Below, in pieces: positions 27,546 to 36,596 of a DNA stretch of 64,000 bases. Origin of the DNA: Nitrospirota bacterium (GTDB lineage: Bacteria > Nitrospirota > UBA9217); assembly GCA_035498715.1 (NCBI GenBank), contig DATJZV010000090.1, forward strand, positions 3,173 to 67,172. Direction: 5' to 3'. The position numbers were made by a program, and so were the translations under genes. Every line of letters starts with the position of its first letter. The first letter of the stretch is position 1. The notes under the pieces are model-generated. The model made no database searches. It worked only from the letters and a program-made list of their open reading frames with translations, and was not told the DNA's origin.

Positions 27546-28409
27546 TTACCTCGCAATCAGTATTGGACAGGAGGCATATGCAATAATACGCTCCGCCGTG
27601 CTCCCGATGATAGCCTTGTTTACGCCCCTCCATCCGTGGGTTCCCATGACGATCAGATCATGTTTCAGCGTGTCTGCGATCTCCACGATCTTGTCACCGG
27701 CATGACCCTCCTGCACGACCGCCTTGATCTCTACTCCCAGCCCTGCGGCGTGCTTCTTTGCTCCCTCGACGATCTTCTCCGCCTCTCGAAAGAGGCTCTT
27801 CTTAATGGTCTCTGTCTTGAAGAAGTCCATCATCTCTTCGTAGCGGGGTATAACGTAAAGGACCGCTACCTCTGCTCCGTCAATTTTCGACAGTTCGCTG
27901 GCCCGCGTCAGCGCCTTTTTGCTGGCCTCGGAGCCGTCGAAGGGGACCAGCAAGGAATGATAACTTCCGCTGCACTTCGAACACGGTTTCTTGACCACAA
28001 GCACATCGCAGGGTGAGTTCAGGATGACCTGCGACGTTACGCTACCCATAAGCAGCCGCTTCAGTCCCTTTCGTCCATAGGTGCCGAGAGCAATGAGGTC
28101 GGCTTTCTTCCCTTGTGCAATGTCCACGATCACGTCGGGCGGCTCGCCTTCGCATATAATAGACTCGATGCTCCCGTTCAGTCCGTAATCATGATGGAGA
28201 CTCTTCTTCGCGTCCATGCAGACCTTCGTCCCTATTTCGAACCGCTTCTCCATCTGCGACGGCAGAATAGTGAACTCCTCTTGGTCAAAATAGACCGCAT
28301 GGACCAGGAAGAGATGCCCCCCGTGTTTTTTTATCCAGAGCGAAGTTTCTTGCAGTGCCGCCCTGCTCGACAATGACTCATCGTATCCGACAACAATAGT
28401 GCTGTACAT
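27546..28409 (-). CDS. Tandem universal stress protein (two Usp domains)
   Basis: 287 aa with two repeats. Each ends in a G-x2-G-x9-G(S/T) ATP-binding-like motif (LGTYGRKGLKRLLMGSVTSQV and MGTHGWRGVNKAIIGSTAERI). Confidence 0.85.
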   Translation of the reverse strand: MYSTIVVGYDESLSSRAALQETSLWIKKHGGHLFLVHAVYFDQEEFTILPSQMEKRFEIGTKVCMDAKKSLHHDYGLNGSIESIICEGEPPDVIVDIAQGKKADLIALGTYGRKGLKRLLMGSVTSQVILNSPCDVLVVKKPCSKCSGSYHSLLVPFDGSEASKKALTRASELSKIDGAEVAVLYVIPRYEEMMDFFKTETIKKSLFREAEKIVEGAKKHAAGLGVEIKAVVQEGHAGDKIVEIADTLKHDLIVMGTHGWRGVNKAIIGSTAERIIAYASCPILIAR

Positions 28410-29212
28410 TAATGAGAACCTCCGCCTTTCCTAAACACCAAGCCGACACCGAAACCCGCGCCGAGCGCGATACCGATCGAGAGAATACCGTAGAACGCCG
28501 CGTTGTTCTTTGCCATGGTCGCAAGCGTTTTGACGAGGCCGGCCTGTTCAACATTTACCTTCGCTTCGGCCTGCTCAACGACTTTTCCATTCTTCACGGC
28601 ATAGACCGACACTAGGTAATCTCCCGGTGCTGCCTGGTAGGGCCAGTCGGTCAGAATGTAATACTCCTGCCTACCGTCGGCCTTCGCCGTTGTCGATATC
28701 TTCCCGAAGGAGGATACATATACGTTGGACGCTTCCTTATACTTAACGAACTCATTGAACCACTTGGCCTTCTCCTCCTCATTTGCGGCCGGCGTTACCG
28801 TGACATGTTTTTCGAGCGATGGATATCCGATCACATACTTTTCCATCTCTTCCGTGCTGAGCATCTCATCGAGTTTCTTCGTGCTATAGACTGCGTAGAA
28901 ATTCGGGGTATGTTCGAATTTGAGCTGCCCCACATTCATCCACAAAAGGCCGCCGACCTTCCCCTTCTGTTTTAGGACCTGATGCTCTTCGGGAGCGGTT
29001 ATCTTGATGACCAGATCAACGTTGGGATCCGACTCCCCACGAACGCTCACCGTGCTGCCGTGATAGAAGAAGTCGATGGTGATATGGTCATGGTTCGCCT
29101 TGGCCGTCAGCATGGCGGAAGCATTGCCAGTGAAGACAAGGATGAAAATGAGGGCCAACGCGGCTATCATCGCGCTTCCCCGATCGGCAATTCGCAACCC
29201 GATTTTTTTCAT
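28409..29212 (-). CDS. TIGR02186 / Alph_Pro_TM-type membrane protein (function unknown)
   Basis: 267 aa with an N-terminal signal or anchor, a large beta-rich periplasmic part and a C-terminal TM helix (FYGILSIGIALGAGFGVGLVF). It shares start/stop overlaps with both neighbouring genes. The family call is from memory of the usual TauE pairing. Confidence 0.5.
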   Translation of the reverse strand: MKKIGLRIADRGSAMIAALALIFILVFTGNASAMLTAKANHDHITIDFFYHGSTVSVRGESDPNVDLVIKITAPEEHQVLKQKGKVGGLLWMNVGQLKFEHTPNFYAVYSTKKLDEMLSTEEMEKYVIGYPSLEKHVTVTPAANEEEKAKWFNEFVKYKEASNVYVSSFGKISTTAKADGRQEYYILTDWPYQAAPGDYLVSVYAVKNGKVVEQAEAKVNVEQAGLVKTLATMAKNNAAFYGILSIGIALGAGFGVGLVFRKGGGSH

Positions 29213-30138
29213 TAGTGTCCTCCTGCCTGTGAGATGAGTAATGACGGCGTAAGCGTCAGTTCGAAGATGATCTTTACAGTGACCGCGAGCACGATCCCGG
29301 CGAGCAATATTTTAAGCTGATCGGCCTTGAGCTTCCTTCCGAATACCGCGCCTACCTGCGCCCCGATCGTTGAGCCCAGGAGCAGCAGCACTGCAAGGAT
29401 GAAATCTACACTATGGTTCGTGTATGCCTGGAGAAACGTGACCTCGATGCAGGTAAACAGGATCTGGAACAGACTCGTCCCGACGACCACGTGCATCGGC
29501 ATCCTGAGCATATACACCATGATCGGAACCATCAGAAACCCGCCGCCCACGCCCATGATGGCGGCAAGAACACCGACAAAGGCACCGAGGACTATCGGCA
29601 CAAAGACGGAATGGGTTATCCCTGATTTCTCGAACCGGGTCTGGAGCGGAAGGGATTTCAGGAAACGCCCGACGGCCGATTCCTTCTCTTCGCCCGCCTC
29701 TTCATCAATGGACGTCTTCTTTTTCTTCATGCTCTGGAGGCTTTCGATGAACATATAGACGCCCACGATGCCGAGCATGAGCACATAGGTCATCTTGATC
29801 ACGAAATCTGCGTTGCCCATGGCATGGAGGAGTTTGATCGCCTGGACACCTATGATTCCTCCAACAAACCCACCGGCGAGGAGGTATAGGCCCATCTTGA
29901 AATCCACATTCCCGACCTTCCAGTGAGCATAGGTCCCGGAAGTGGATGCCGCTACGATCTGGTTGGAATCCGTTGCCGCGGCAACGGTCGACGGAATGCC
30001 GAACATGATCAGAAGCGGCGTCATGAGAAAGCCTCCGCCCACGCCGAAGAGGCCTGAGAGCAGCCCCACGGCCAGTCCTAGCCCGACGGGCACGAGGATA
30101 TTAATGCTGGTCAATGCTACCGGTAAGTACAGATACAT
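29212..30138 (-). CDS. TauE/SafE (TSUP, DUF81) family anion exporter
   Basis: 308 aa. It contains two 4-TM repeats with GVGGGFLMTPL and GVGGGFLMVPI motifs, separated by a charged loop. Confidence 0.85.
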   Translation of the reverse strand: MYLYLPVALTSINILVPVGLGLAVGLLSGLFGVGGGFLMTPLLIMFGIPSTVAAATDSNQIVAASTSGTYAHWKVGNVDFKMGLYLLAGGFVGGIIGVQAIKLLHAMGNADFVIKMTYVLMLGIVGVYMFIESLQSMKKKKTSIDEEAGEEKESAVGRFLKSLPLQTRFEKSGITHSVFVPIVLGAFVGVLAAIMGVGGGFLMVPIMVYMLRMPMHVVVGTSLFQILFTCIEVTFLQAYTNHSVDFILAVLLLLGSTIGAQVGAVFGRKLKADQLKILLAGIVLAVTVKIIFELTLTPSLLISQAGGH

Positions 30139-30285
30139 TACTCATCTCCTTTTCTTATTTTTTTTAATTTCTTAGATGACATTGCGAGGGGACACAGTCC
30201 CCGAAGCAATCTGGATATTCTTCAACACGATACACGCGACCTGGGATTGCTCCACTTTCGGCTTGCAATGACAGGCTGAGCGTGT

Positions 30286-30783
30286 TTACGCTACTGTGCA
30301 GGCCTGCCTGGTCATGGTCACGATGGGACGCGACGCCGTACGTACAAGTCGGTTCAAATCCTTTGCCGAGACATTGCCGTTCCCTGTCACCGCGGGGCTC
30401 AAAACGACCTTGTCGATGCCTGTGTGTCCCTTGAGAAATGTCCGTATGCCTGAAATTGCGTCCAAGTCCGTCGTGTAGACATTCACCTGGATGCCTTCCC
30501 GGTGACATTTTTTCACAACTTCCACGATCTTCTTCTCATGTCTCGTATGCTTATCTTGAGAGCCACCTTCCATGATCTGCCGAGCTGTATCATGTTCATC
30601 GACCTCGGCAAAGCTTACAGCGGTCATGAGGTTCTCAAGCTTTTCCATGAGGTTATTTTTTTTCTTGACCAGCAAAAGCGTGATGTCCTCATACATTGTC
30701 TTAGCGAGTTCAACAGCGTATGAAACTCCTTCTTCGATATTTTCATCAAGATATGTGACGAACAAAAGCTGCCTCTTCCCCAT
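30286..30783 (-). CDS. Usp-like / adenine-nucleotide alpha-hydrolase-like protein (divergent)
   Basis: 165 aa. An alpha/beta pattern resembling a Usp fold is seen (LLFVTYLDEN...VVLSPAVTG), but no clear ATP motif. AAGGAGG lies 6 nt upstream. Confidence 0.45.
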   Translation of the reverse strand: MGKRQLLFVTYLDENIEEGVSYAVELAKTMYEDITLLLVKKKNNLMEKLENLMTAVSFAEVDEHDTARQIMEGGSQDKHTRHEKKIVEVVKKCHREGIQVNVYTTDLDAISGIRTFLKGHTGIDKVVLSPAVTGNGNVSAKDLNRLVRTASRPIVTMTRQACTVA

Positions 30784-30823
30784 TGCTTACCTCCTTAGTA
30801 ATTTGCTTCTCTGCCATATATAT

Positions 30824-30839
30824 AGCAACAGGGGTGCCA
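30824..30839 (-). promoter_or_regulatory. Sigma-54 promoter, perfect consensus TGGCAC-N5-TTGCT
   Basis: The minus strand reads atattGGCACccctgTTGCTatat, with GG-N10-GC spacing exact. It lies about 40 nt upstream of ATG 30783, with AAGGAGG in between. Confidence 0.8.
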
Positions 30840-30903
30840 ATATATAACATATTGTTTTTATTAAAATAAATTAATATGAAGAGAAGCGCTACTGTTTCAA
30901 AAT

Positions 30904-30923
30904 TGAACGCATATGAACGCATA
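30904..30923. repeat. Perfect tandem 10-mer TGAACGCATA x2; candidate enhancer (UAS) for the sigma-54 promoter
   Basis: Read directly from the sequence. It lies 65-85 bp upstream of the -24 element, the typical distance for a bacterial enhancer-binding-protein site. Confidence 0.35.
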
Positions 30924-31242
30924 TAGAGGGAAAGAAACTTGGTAATGGGTTCAAATATTATAGAAACCCTTTATTAGCAGGCCTGTGATCATACATCATT
31001 GTTATTTCTGCAGAGATTTGCGCACGATAGAGGAGAAGTCCTGGTGTTTAAATCTGGAACACAATTTTACTTTTAAATACAGTAATAATCTGATACTATT
31101 TGGAGCGAGAACATTTTGATACGCATTCATCTTTTTTTTCGTTGTGATCGACGAGCGGGGCATGACGATCCTATTTTGGGACCTCGAGACTGCTCCTGGT
31201 TACGCGGCAATGATACTATCTGATTGCGTTTAAGAGGAAAGT

Positions 31243-31854
31243 ATGACGGAAGATAATAAGCCTGGAGAGGAGAAGGCATGGGATATCCTCGCGACGCTGG
31301 ACGTTGATGATGTCTGCAGGGCTGCGGCAGTGTCTTATGACCGTGCGATGAAACAGTACGTCGTGAAATCACTCGGCATGAACTTTCTTGTTGCGGTAAA
31401 AGACAGGACAATCTCGAGCTCTGCGCCAGGGAGCGATGTGCTGCTGAAAAGACTGGGGTATTTTTTCAATCTTTCGATCCTCTGGTACTTGGTGAGCGCT
31501 AAAGATATCGCCTGTACCGGACGGGTGGTGAAGCTCCAGAATGTAAGAGGCGGGGAAATCTTCACCATGGGGTCTCATATACTGCCGCTTGACAAAGTGG
31601 CTCAGAGATTCGGGAAAGATAAGAAGGGTTTTTTACTAAAAGGCACAGGCCTTGGAGGAGAGCTGGTAGAATATGGCGATGCATCCGTGAAGCTCTATCC
31701 CTTCCCGAGGATCCCGGCGATTTTGACGCTCTGGCTGGAGGACGAGGAATTTCCCGCTCGCGCTGACCTCATGTTCGATTCCACCTGCGACATGCATCTG
31801 GCCACGGACATTATTTGGTCCATCGCCATGATGTGCGTGCTCGCGATGCTGTGA
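31243..31854 (+). CDS. DUF3786 domain-containing protein (function unknown)
   Basis: 203 aa. The motif pattern LWLEDEEFPARADLMFDSTCDMHLATDIIWSI and the overall length recall DUF3786 of anaerobes. The assignment is from memory only. Confidence 0.45.
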   Translation: MTEDNKPGEEKAWDILATLDVDDVCRAAAVSYDRAMKQYVVKSLGMNFLVAVKDRTISSSAPGSDVLLKRLGYFFNLSILWYLVSAKDIACTGRVVKLQNVRGGEIFTMGSHILPLDKVAQRFGKDKKGFLLKGTGLGGELVEYGDASVKLYPFPRIPAILTLWLEDEEFPARADLMFDSTCDMHLATDIIWSIAMMCVLAML

Positions 31855-31855
31855 A

Positions 31856-32386
31856 TCAGCTTGAGTGCTTTCCTCCCTTATCGTCGAACGGCCGGTATCG
31901 CACATTCACGATAGTGATCACGGCATCGCCCTTTGGGCGATTGACCACGACCTCGTCCCCTTTGGACTTCTTCATCAAGGCCTTCGCCATGGGGGAGTCC
32001 ATGCTGATCAGGCCTTTGGTGTGGTCAGACTCATCGGGTCCCACGATGCGGTACTCGGAGATATCTCCTTCTTCATCCTCGAGCTTGACCCACGCACCGA
32101 AAAAGACCCGCGATTCATCGTCAGGGCTCCTGTCGACAACGACAATATGCTCCAGCCGTTCTTTCAGATGGTGGATGCGGGCATCGATCTCGCGGAGCTG
32201 TTTCTTGCGGTAGATGTACTCTGCATTCTCGGACCGGTCCCCCTCGGCTGCAGCGGCGGCAAGTGCGGCCGTCACTTCCGGACGTTTTACCCTCCAGAGG
32301 TGCTCGAACTCATCGCTCAGACGTTTCTTCCCTTCGGGCGTGATATATTTGGAACCCGGCTTTTGATGCTCTCGATACCTGCTCAT
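31856..32386 (-). CDS. greB: Transcript cleavage factor GreB
   Basis: ORF 31856..32422, with the start at MSRYREHQK (32386) preferred. The motifs HLWRVKRPEVT, GDRSENAEY, RVFFGAWVKLEDEEG, YRIVGPDESD and ISMDSPMAKALMKK closely track E. coli GreB. Confidence 0.85.
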   Translation of the reverse strand: MSRYREHQKPGSKYITPEGKKRLSDEFEHLWRVKRPEVTAALAAAAAEGDRSENAEYIYRKKQLREIDARIHHLKERLEHIVVVDRSPDDESRVFFGAWVKLEDEEGDISEYRIVGPDESDHTKGLISMDSPMAKALMKKSKGDEVVVNRPKGDAVITIVNVRYRPFDDKGGKHSS

Positions 32387-32415
32387 AACGGGAAATAATA
32401 ACGCATTATCAGGAA

Positions 32416-33522
32416 TTAGCAAGTATTTTTAGCGATCACTTCCGTATCTTTTCCCACTTTGTATCTCTTGCCCTCGTCCAGCAGTTTTTCAAAGCTTACG
32501 ATATTCCCCCTTTTCAAGGCTCCGAATGCTTCATTCGCTGGTGACTCGTCTTTATCAAGCTTCATGATCAATCGCCGTCCCCCCTTGCCGCACAGATAGA
32601 ACTCGATCTTGCCTTTTGAAATGATCGGCTCGCTTACGATCCTGAATGAATCGGGGCCATAGTAATCCATCAGGGAAAGATTGTCCTTTCTGAGAACCGC
32701 ATAGGAAAACTTGAGCGAATCCTTTCTCAAGCCGGCGAGCTTGTCTATTTCCTTGATTATAGCGGGCGGATCCCAAGGCACATCCTCGTGGCACCAGTCC
32801 TTTGGATTTACAAGAGCAGGACAGTTCTCATTCATGAGACAGGGGGAATAGACATGGAATCCTTGAGCCAGAAGTCCGTCCCTGACCAAGAGCATCTCAC
32901 GCGAGGTGTCATGGAGAGCCGGCTCGATAATGATGCAACTCCCGTCATACGCAAGAAAATGCTTAATGATCTCATTCAGGATGTCGATACGTCTGACGAT
33001 CCTCTCCTCGTCATTGCGGAACAATTCATTCAGCACGTTCGACAGGATGATCAGGTCGTAGTGGCCTTTCAAAAGCGGCGCCAATTTTTCTACGCTCGTT
33101 TTCACTGAATGCAAAGAAGCATTGATGCGACAGCGCTCTAGGTTGGATGCGAATAACGCAGCGGCGTCCTTCAGGTTTTCGGCCACATGGTCAGCGACCG
33201 TGAATTCGAGAACCGGCGTTTTCTCCAGTCGAGAAAAGAACTCCAGCACGCCGAGTGTGGCAGAGCCCGGTCCGGAGCCGACATCAAGAATTCGGAGATG
33301 TTCTTTTGAAAGTACGTTTTTCTGATGAAGGGAAAGCTCTTCGAGCGGAAGATGAATTTTTGAAAGGTTAGAGGGCAGATAGTATGACAGGTACGCCTTC
33401 CGCAGTCCCTTATCTTTCAGATACGCAACGGGAATGCTTGCCCGCTCTTTCGTGAGCAGCCTTGAAAGACGAACGACTTCTGCCGCCAGGGAAGTCAATT
33501 CTTTGTTCGGGGAACTCTTCAT
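32416..33522 (-). CDS. Rsm22-like SAM-dependent methyltransferase
   Basis: 368 aa. SAM motif I is ILDVGSGPGSATLG. The N-terminal YLSYYLP pattern and a C-terminal Cys-containing region (CPALVNPKDWCHED) match the Rsm22 family. Confidence 0.65.
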   Translation of the reverse strand: MKSSPNKELTSLAAEVVRLSRLLTKERASIPVAYLKDKGLRKAYLSYYLPSNLSKIHLPLEELSLHQKNVLSKEHLRILDVGSGPGSATLGVLEFFSRLEKTPVLEFTVADHVAENLKDAAALFASNLERCRINASLHSVKTSVEKLAPLLKGHYDLIILSNVLNELFRNDEERIVRRIDILNEIIKHFLAYDGSCIIIEPALHDTSREMLLVRDGLLAQGFHVYSPCLMNENCPALVNPKDWCHEDVPWDPPAIIKEIDKLAGLRKDSLKFSYAVLRKDNLSLMDYYGPDSFRIVSEPIISKGKIEFYLCGKGGRRLIMKLDKDESPANEAFGALKRGNIVSFEKLLDEGKRYKVGKDTEVIAKNTC

Positions 33523-33669
33523 GAGATTATTTTATTAGAAATAATGAGTCAATTTACGCGCAAGTTCTATCGAAACACATTGAGAACCTCACCGCTCCGC
33601 ACTTATTGGAAGTTTAAACAGGACCGGATTACCCGGAGGGAAGATCGCGGACGCTACAGGACATACTCC

Positions 33670-35544
33670 CTAGTTGTCAAAATACTTGTGCATGAGAATT
33701 TGGAAATCTACGAGTCCACGGATGCTATCGAGGGCAGCATCATTTGTGATATTTTGGTAGTCATTATATCCCATTTTTAAGGCGGCCTCAAGACGCTCTA
33801 AAGCCTCCCGCGGATGACCGCTCAAAGACTCAACGCACGCCAGGCCATATTCCAGATGCGGCCTGCTACCTCCCAGTTCGATCGCTTCTCTATAATACCT
33901 CCTGGACATATCAAGCTTTTTCATCTTGAGATAGACATCGCCCAAACGTGAGAGGGCATCGGGCGATTGGGGCCTCGACGCCAGTACTTTTTTAAAAGTC
34001 AGCTCGGCTTTCTGGAACTCATGGGACAGGAAATAATTGATTCCCAGGTTCATCAATCCATTAATATCATCCGGGAATAATTCTGTCAGCTTCTGCAAAA
34101 AAGGCCGTGCTTCCGATATCTTACCCTGGCTATTGTAAAGGGCTCCGATATTATTAAGAGCAAGCTTATAATCAGGATCTAGTGATAATGCCTTCATGAA
34201 GGCATCGGCTGCTTCATCAGATCGTCCCTCATCAATGTAAGCCATGCCAAGGCCATTCCAGGCGAGAGGGGAGCTTGGCGATTTGCGCGCTGTATCCATC
34301 CATAAAGACGAGTCGTTACTCCAGACAGAAGTTCTCTGCCATGAAAGCCAGGGAAGTGGCACTATCAGGAGACAAAGCATAAGAGACAGGCCTATTTTAC
34401 GAAAATCATAGGCCTTGTCGGCGGAAGGGAACGCTATAATACCGTAACATGCTGCTGCCCCTAATAAGGGGAAATACAGATAACGATCATTCATCAAAGT
34501 AACTATGGACACGATCTGGGAAACTGGCAGGAGCCCAACGAAAAAAAGTGCATACCAGAAGAAGAGCTCTTTTCTTTTTCGATAAAGATAAAATCCCATG
34601 AAGATTAATAGAACAACAAACACTGCGGACCACGCAACTGAGCCATCTATTCTTACTTTCATGGGTGGCATATACATGGCACTTAATTCCGTCGGCCAGA
34701 AAATGATCCTGAAATATCGGGCAAGAACGGTGAGCATGGTATAGAAAACGCCAAGAGGACCTTCAATGGCGTAAGAAATCCGCCCACCATCGTTTTCGGG
34801 CATCTGGCTTGTTAAGGCAAGTAATAGTGCGGCTCCTGCAGCAAATAAAAATGGTATCTTATTGGTTATCCAGGACTTTCGGTTGGACTTTTCATGATAG
34901 CAAAGGTCATAGAGAAAAAGAACAAGGGGGAGTATGACCGTTACTGATTTTGACAGAAGAGCGAGAACGAACGCCAGAATAGAAGAGATGTAAAAGAACT
35001 TGTTCTGGGGTTTTCCGGCAGTCCGATAGGATATGTAGAAGTGAAAAGATAACAGGAAAAAGAACATTGCTAGAAGATTTTTTCGTTGAGATATCCAAGC
35101 GACTGATTCAACCTGAACAGGATGGAACAAGAAAATGAAGGCTGCGAGAAAGCCGAGCGCACGCCGTCGACTCATGCGAAATAGTAGCAAATAGAATAAA
35201 ATGCCATTAACAGCATGAATGAGCACATTGGAAAAAATAAAACCACCGGGACGCATCCCCCATAGGGTATAGTCGATCATATAGGAGATGATATGAAGCG
35301 GCGCATAATTCCCTATGTAAAATCGAGTGAATGCGTCCTTCAAATGTTCCACTGTGATGCCTTGTATTGTTTCATTATCTACGACATACAATTTGTCATC
35401 CCAGTTCAACAGAAAATCATGGCTGAGTGTGTTAGCATATACCACAAAGGTTAGGCCGGACAGAACGATTACGGGGAGAAGGTGAGGTCTTATTTTTTCG
35501 AAAATGGTCTTTCCCATTCTTGTTAGCCCAAGCAGAAACGACAT
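33670..35544 (-). CDS. TMTC-like GT-C fold membrane glycosyltransferase (DUF1736-type) with C-terminal TPR repeats
   Basis: 624 aa. The N-terminal part has about 11 TM helices, with the first-loop acidic motif FLLNWDDKLYVVDN and YAPLHIISYMIDYTLWG. The C-terminal part carries about 6 TPR repeats. The gene is AT-rich. Confidence 0.7.
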   Translation of the reverse strand: MSFLLGLTRMGKTIFEKIRPHLLPVIVLSGLTFVVYANTLSHDFLLNWDDKLYVVDNETIQGITVEHLKDAFTRFYIGNYAPLHIISYMIDYTLWGMRPGGFIFSNVLIHAVNGILFYLLLFRMSRRRALGFLAAFIFLFHPVQVESVAWISQRKNLLAMFFFLLSFHFYISYRTAGKPQNKFFYISSILAFVLALLSKSVTVILPLVLFLYDLCYHEKSNRKSWITNKIPFLFAAGAALLLALTSQMPENDGGRISYAIEGPLGVFYTMLTVLARYFRIIFWPTELSAMYMPPMKVRIDGSVAWSAVFVVLLIFMGFYLYRKRKELFFWYALFFVGLLPVSQIVSIVTLMNDRYLYFPLLGAAACYGIIAFPSADKAYDFRKIGLSLMLCLLIVPLPWLSWQRTSVWSNDSSLWMDTARKSPSSPLAWNGLGMAYIDEGRSDEAADAFMKALSLDPDYKLALNNIGALYNSQGKISEARPFLQKLTELFPDDINGLMNLGINYFLSHEFQKAELTFKKVLASRPQSPDALSRLGDVYLKMKKLDMSRRYYREAIELGGSRPHLEYGLACVESLSGHPREALERLEAALKMGYNDYQNITNDAALDSIRGLVDFQILMHKYFDN

Positions 35545-35680
35545 AACATAGTGCTAATGAGGCAAAGAATACTCTGCAGTGATTTATGGCACACATGTTT
35601 TTTATACATTTTATTTACCCTATCAGGAGCTCGTCCCAAACCTTAATTTCAGATTTTTTACCTCTTTCATAAGTCGTAAA

Positions 35681-36439
35681 TCAATACAGTTTTCCCCCCT
35701 CTCTCTCGAATAGAGGTGATTGCCGGAGGCCTGTCTTCTGCAAGACGAAGCGCACCGCTGTAGCAAGTACGCCAAATCCATACTTCATGCTCCTGACAAA
35801 ATTAATTGAGGAGGCGTCCTCGAAATATTTTGTCGGGCAACTTATTTCCCCGATTTTAAACCCGAAATAAACAGTCTGGGCCAGCATTTCGTTGTCAAAA
35901 ACAAAATCATCGGAATTTCGCTCCAGCGGCAGCGTTTCCAAAACCTGCCTGCTGAACGCACGGTAACCGGTATGGTATTCAGACAGCTTCACGCCGAATA
36001 CGAGATTTTCAAGAAAAGTAAGAATCCTGTTTGCAATATATTTATAGAAGGGCATCCCTCCTTTGAGAGCTTCACCTCCGAGAATCCGTGATCCGAGAAC
36101 GACATCGTAATGGCCTGACGTGATCATGGAGGACATGGCAGTTACCAGCTTCGGCGAGTATTGATAGTCAGGGTGGACCATAACGACAATATCCGCTCCG
36201 AGATGCAGCGCCTCGCGATAGCAGGTTTTCTGGTTGCCTCCGTAACCCTTATTTTCTGCATGGATGATTGTCCGAATGCCCAGCTCTTGTGCCAGTGTTG
36301 CGGTACGGTCCCGCGAAGCATCGTCAACAAGGATCACTTCGTCGACGTATTCGTGGGGCAATTCCCGGTATGTCTGAATAAGCGTCTTTTCCGCATTATA
36401 CGCGGGCATCACCACGATTAGTTTTTTCCCGAGGATCAT
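35681..36439 (-). CDS. Family 2 glycosyltransferase (polyprenyl-phosphate sugar synthase, DPM1/ArnC-like)
   Basis: 252 aa. The N-terminal region reads [12 protein letters not shown]...[12 protein letters not shown], and a DxD-like MVHPDYQY is present. Confidence 0.8.
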   Translation of the reverse strand: MILGKKLIVVMPAYNAEKTLIQTYRELPHEYVDEVILVDDASRDRTATLAQELGIRTIIHAENKGYGGNQKTCYREALHLGADIVVMVHPDYQYSPKLVTAMSSMITSGHYDVVLGSRILGGEALKGGMPFYKYIANRILTFLENLVFGVKLSEYHTGYRAFSRQVLETLPLERNSDDFVFDNEMLAQTVYFGFKIGEISCPTKYFEDASSINFVRSMKYGFGVLATAVRFVLQKTGLRQSPLFEREGGKLY

Positions 36440-36500
36440 TTCATTTCCTTCCCGAACTCAACCTCGCGGCACATAAAATGAGGAAGCGGCTCAAGGGGCT

Positions 36501-36519
36501 TTTAAAACGACCGGTGATC
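36501..36519 (-). terminator. Candidate terminator hairpin downstream of the response-regulator gene
   Basis: CCGGTG-ATCATTA-CACCGG forms the stem-loop. On the minus strand it is followed by TCGTTTTAAAAG, a weak U-tract. Confidence 0.3.
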
Positions 36520-36596
36520 ATTACACCGGATAATCATCATTTCAAGCATACTTAAATAGCTGTATAGGCAGCAGAAAAAACCGCATCACAAATTCA

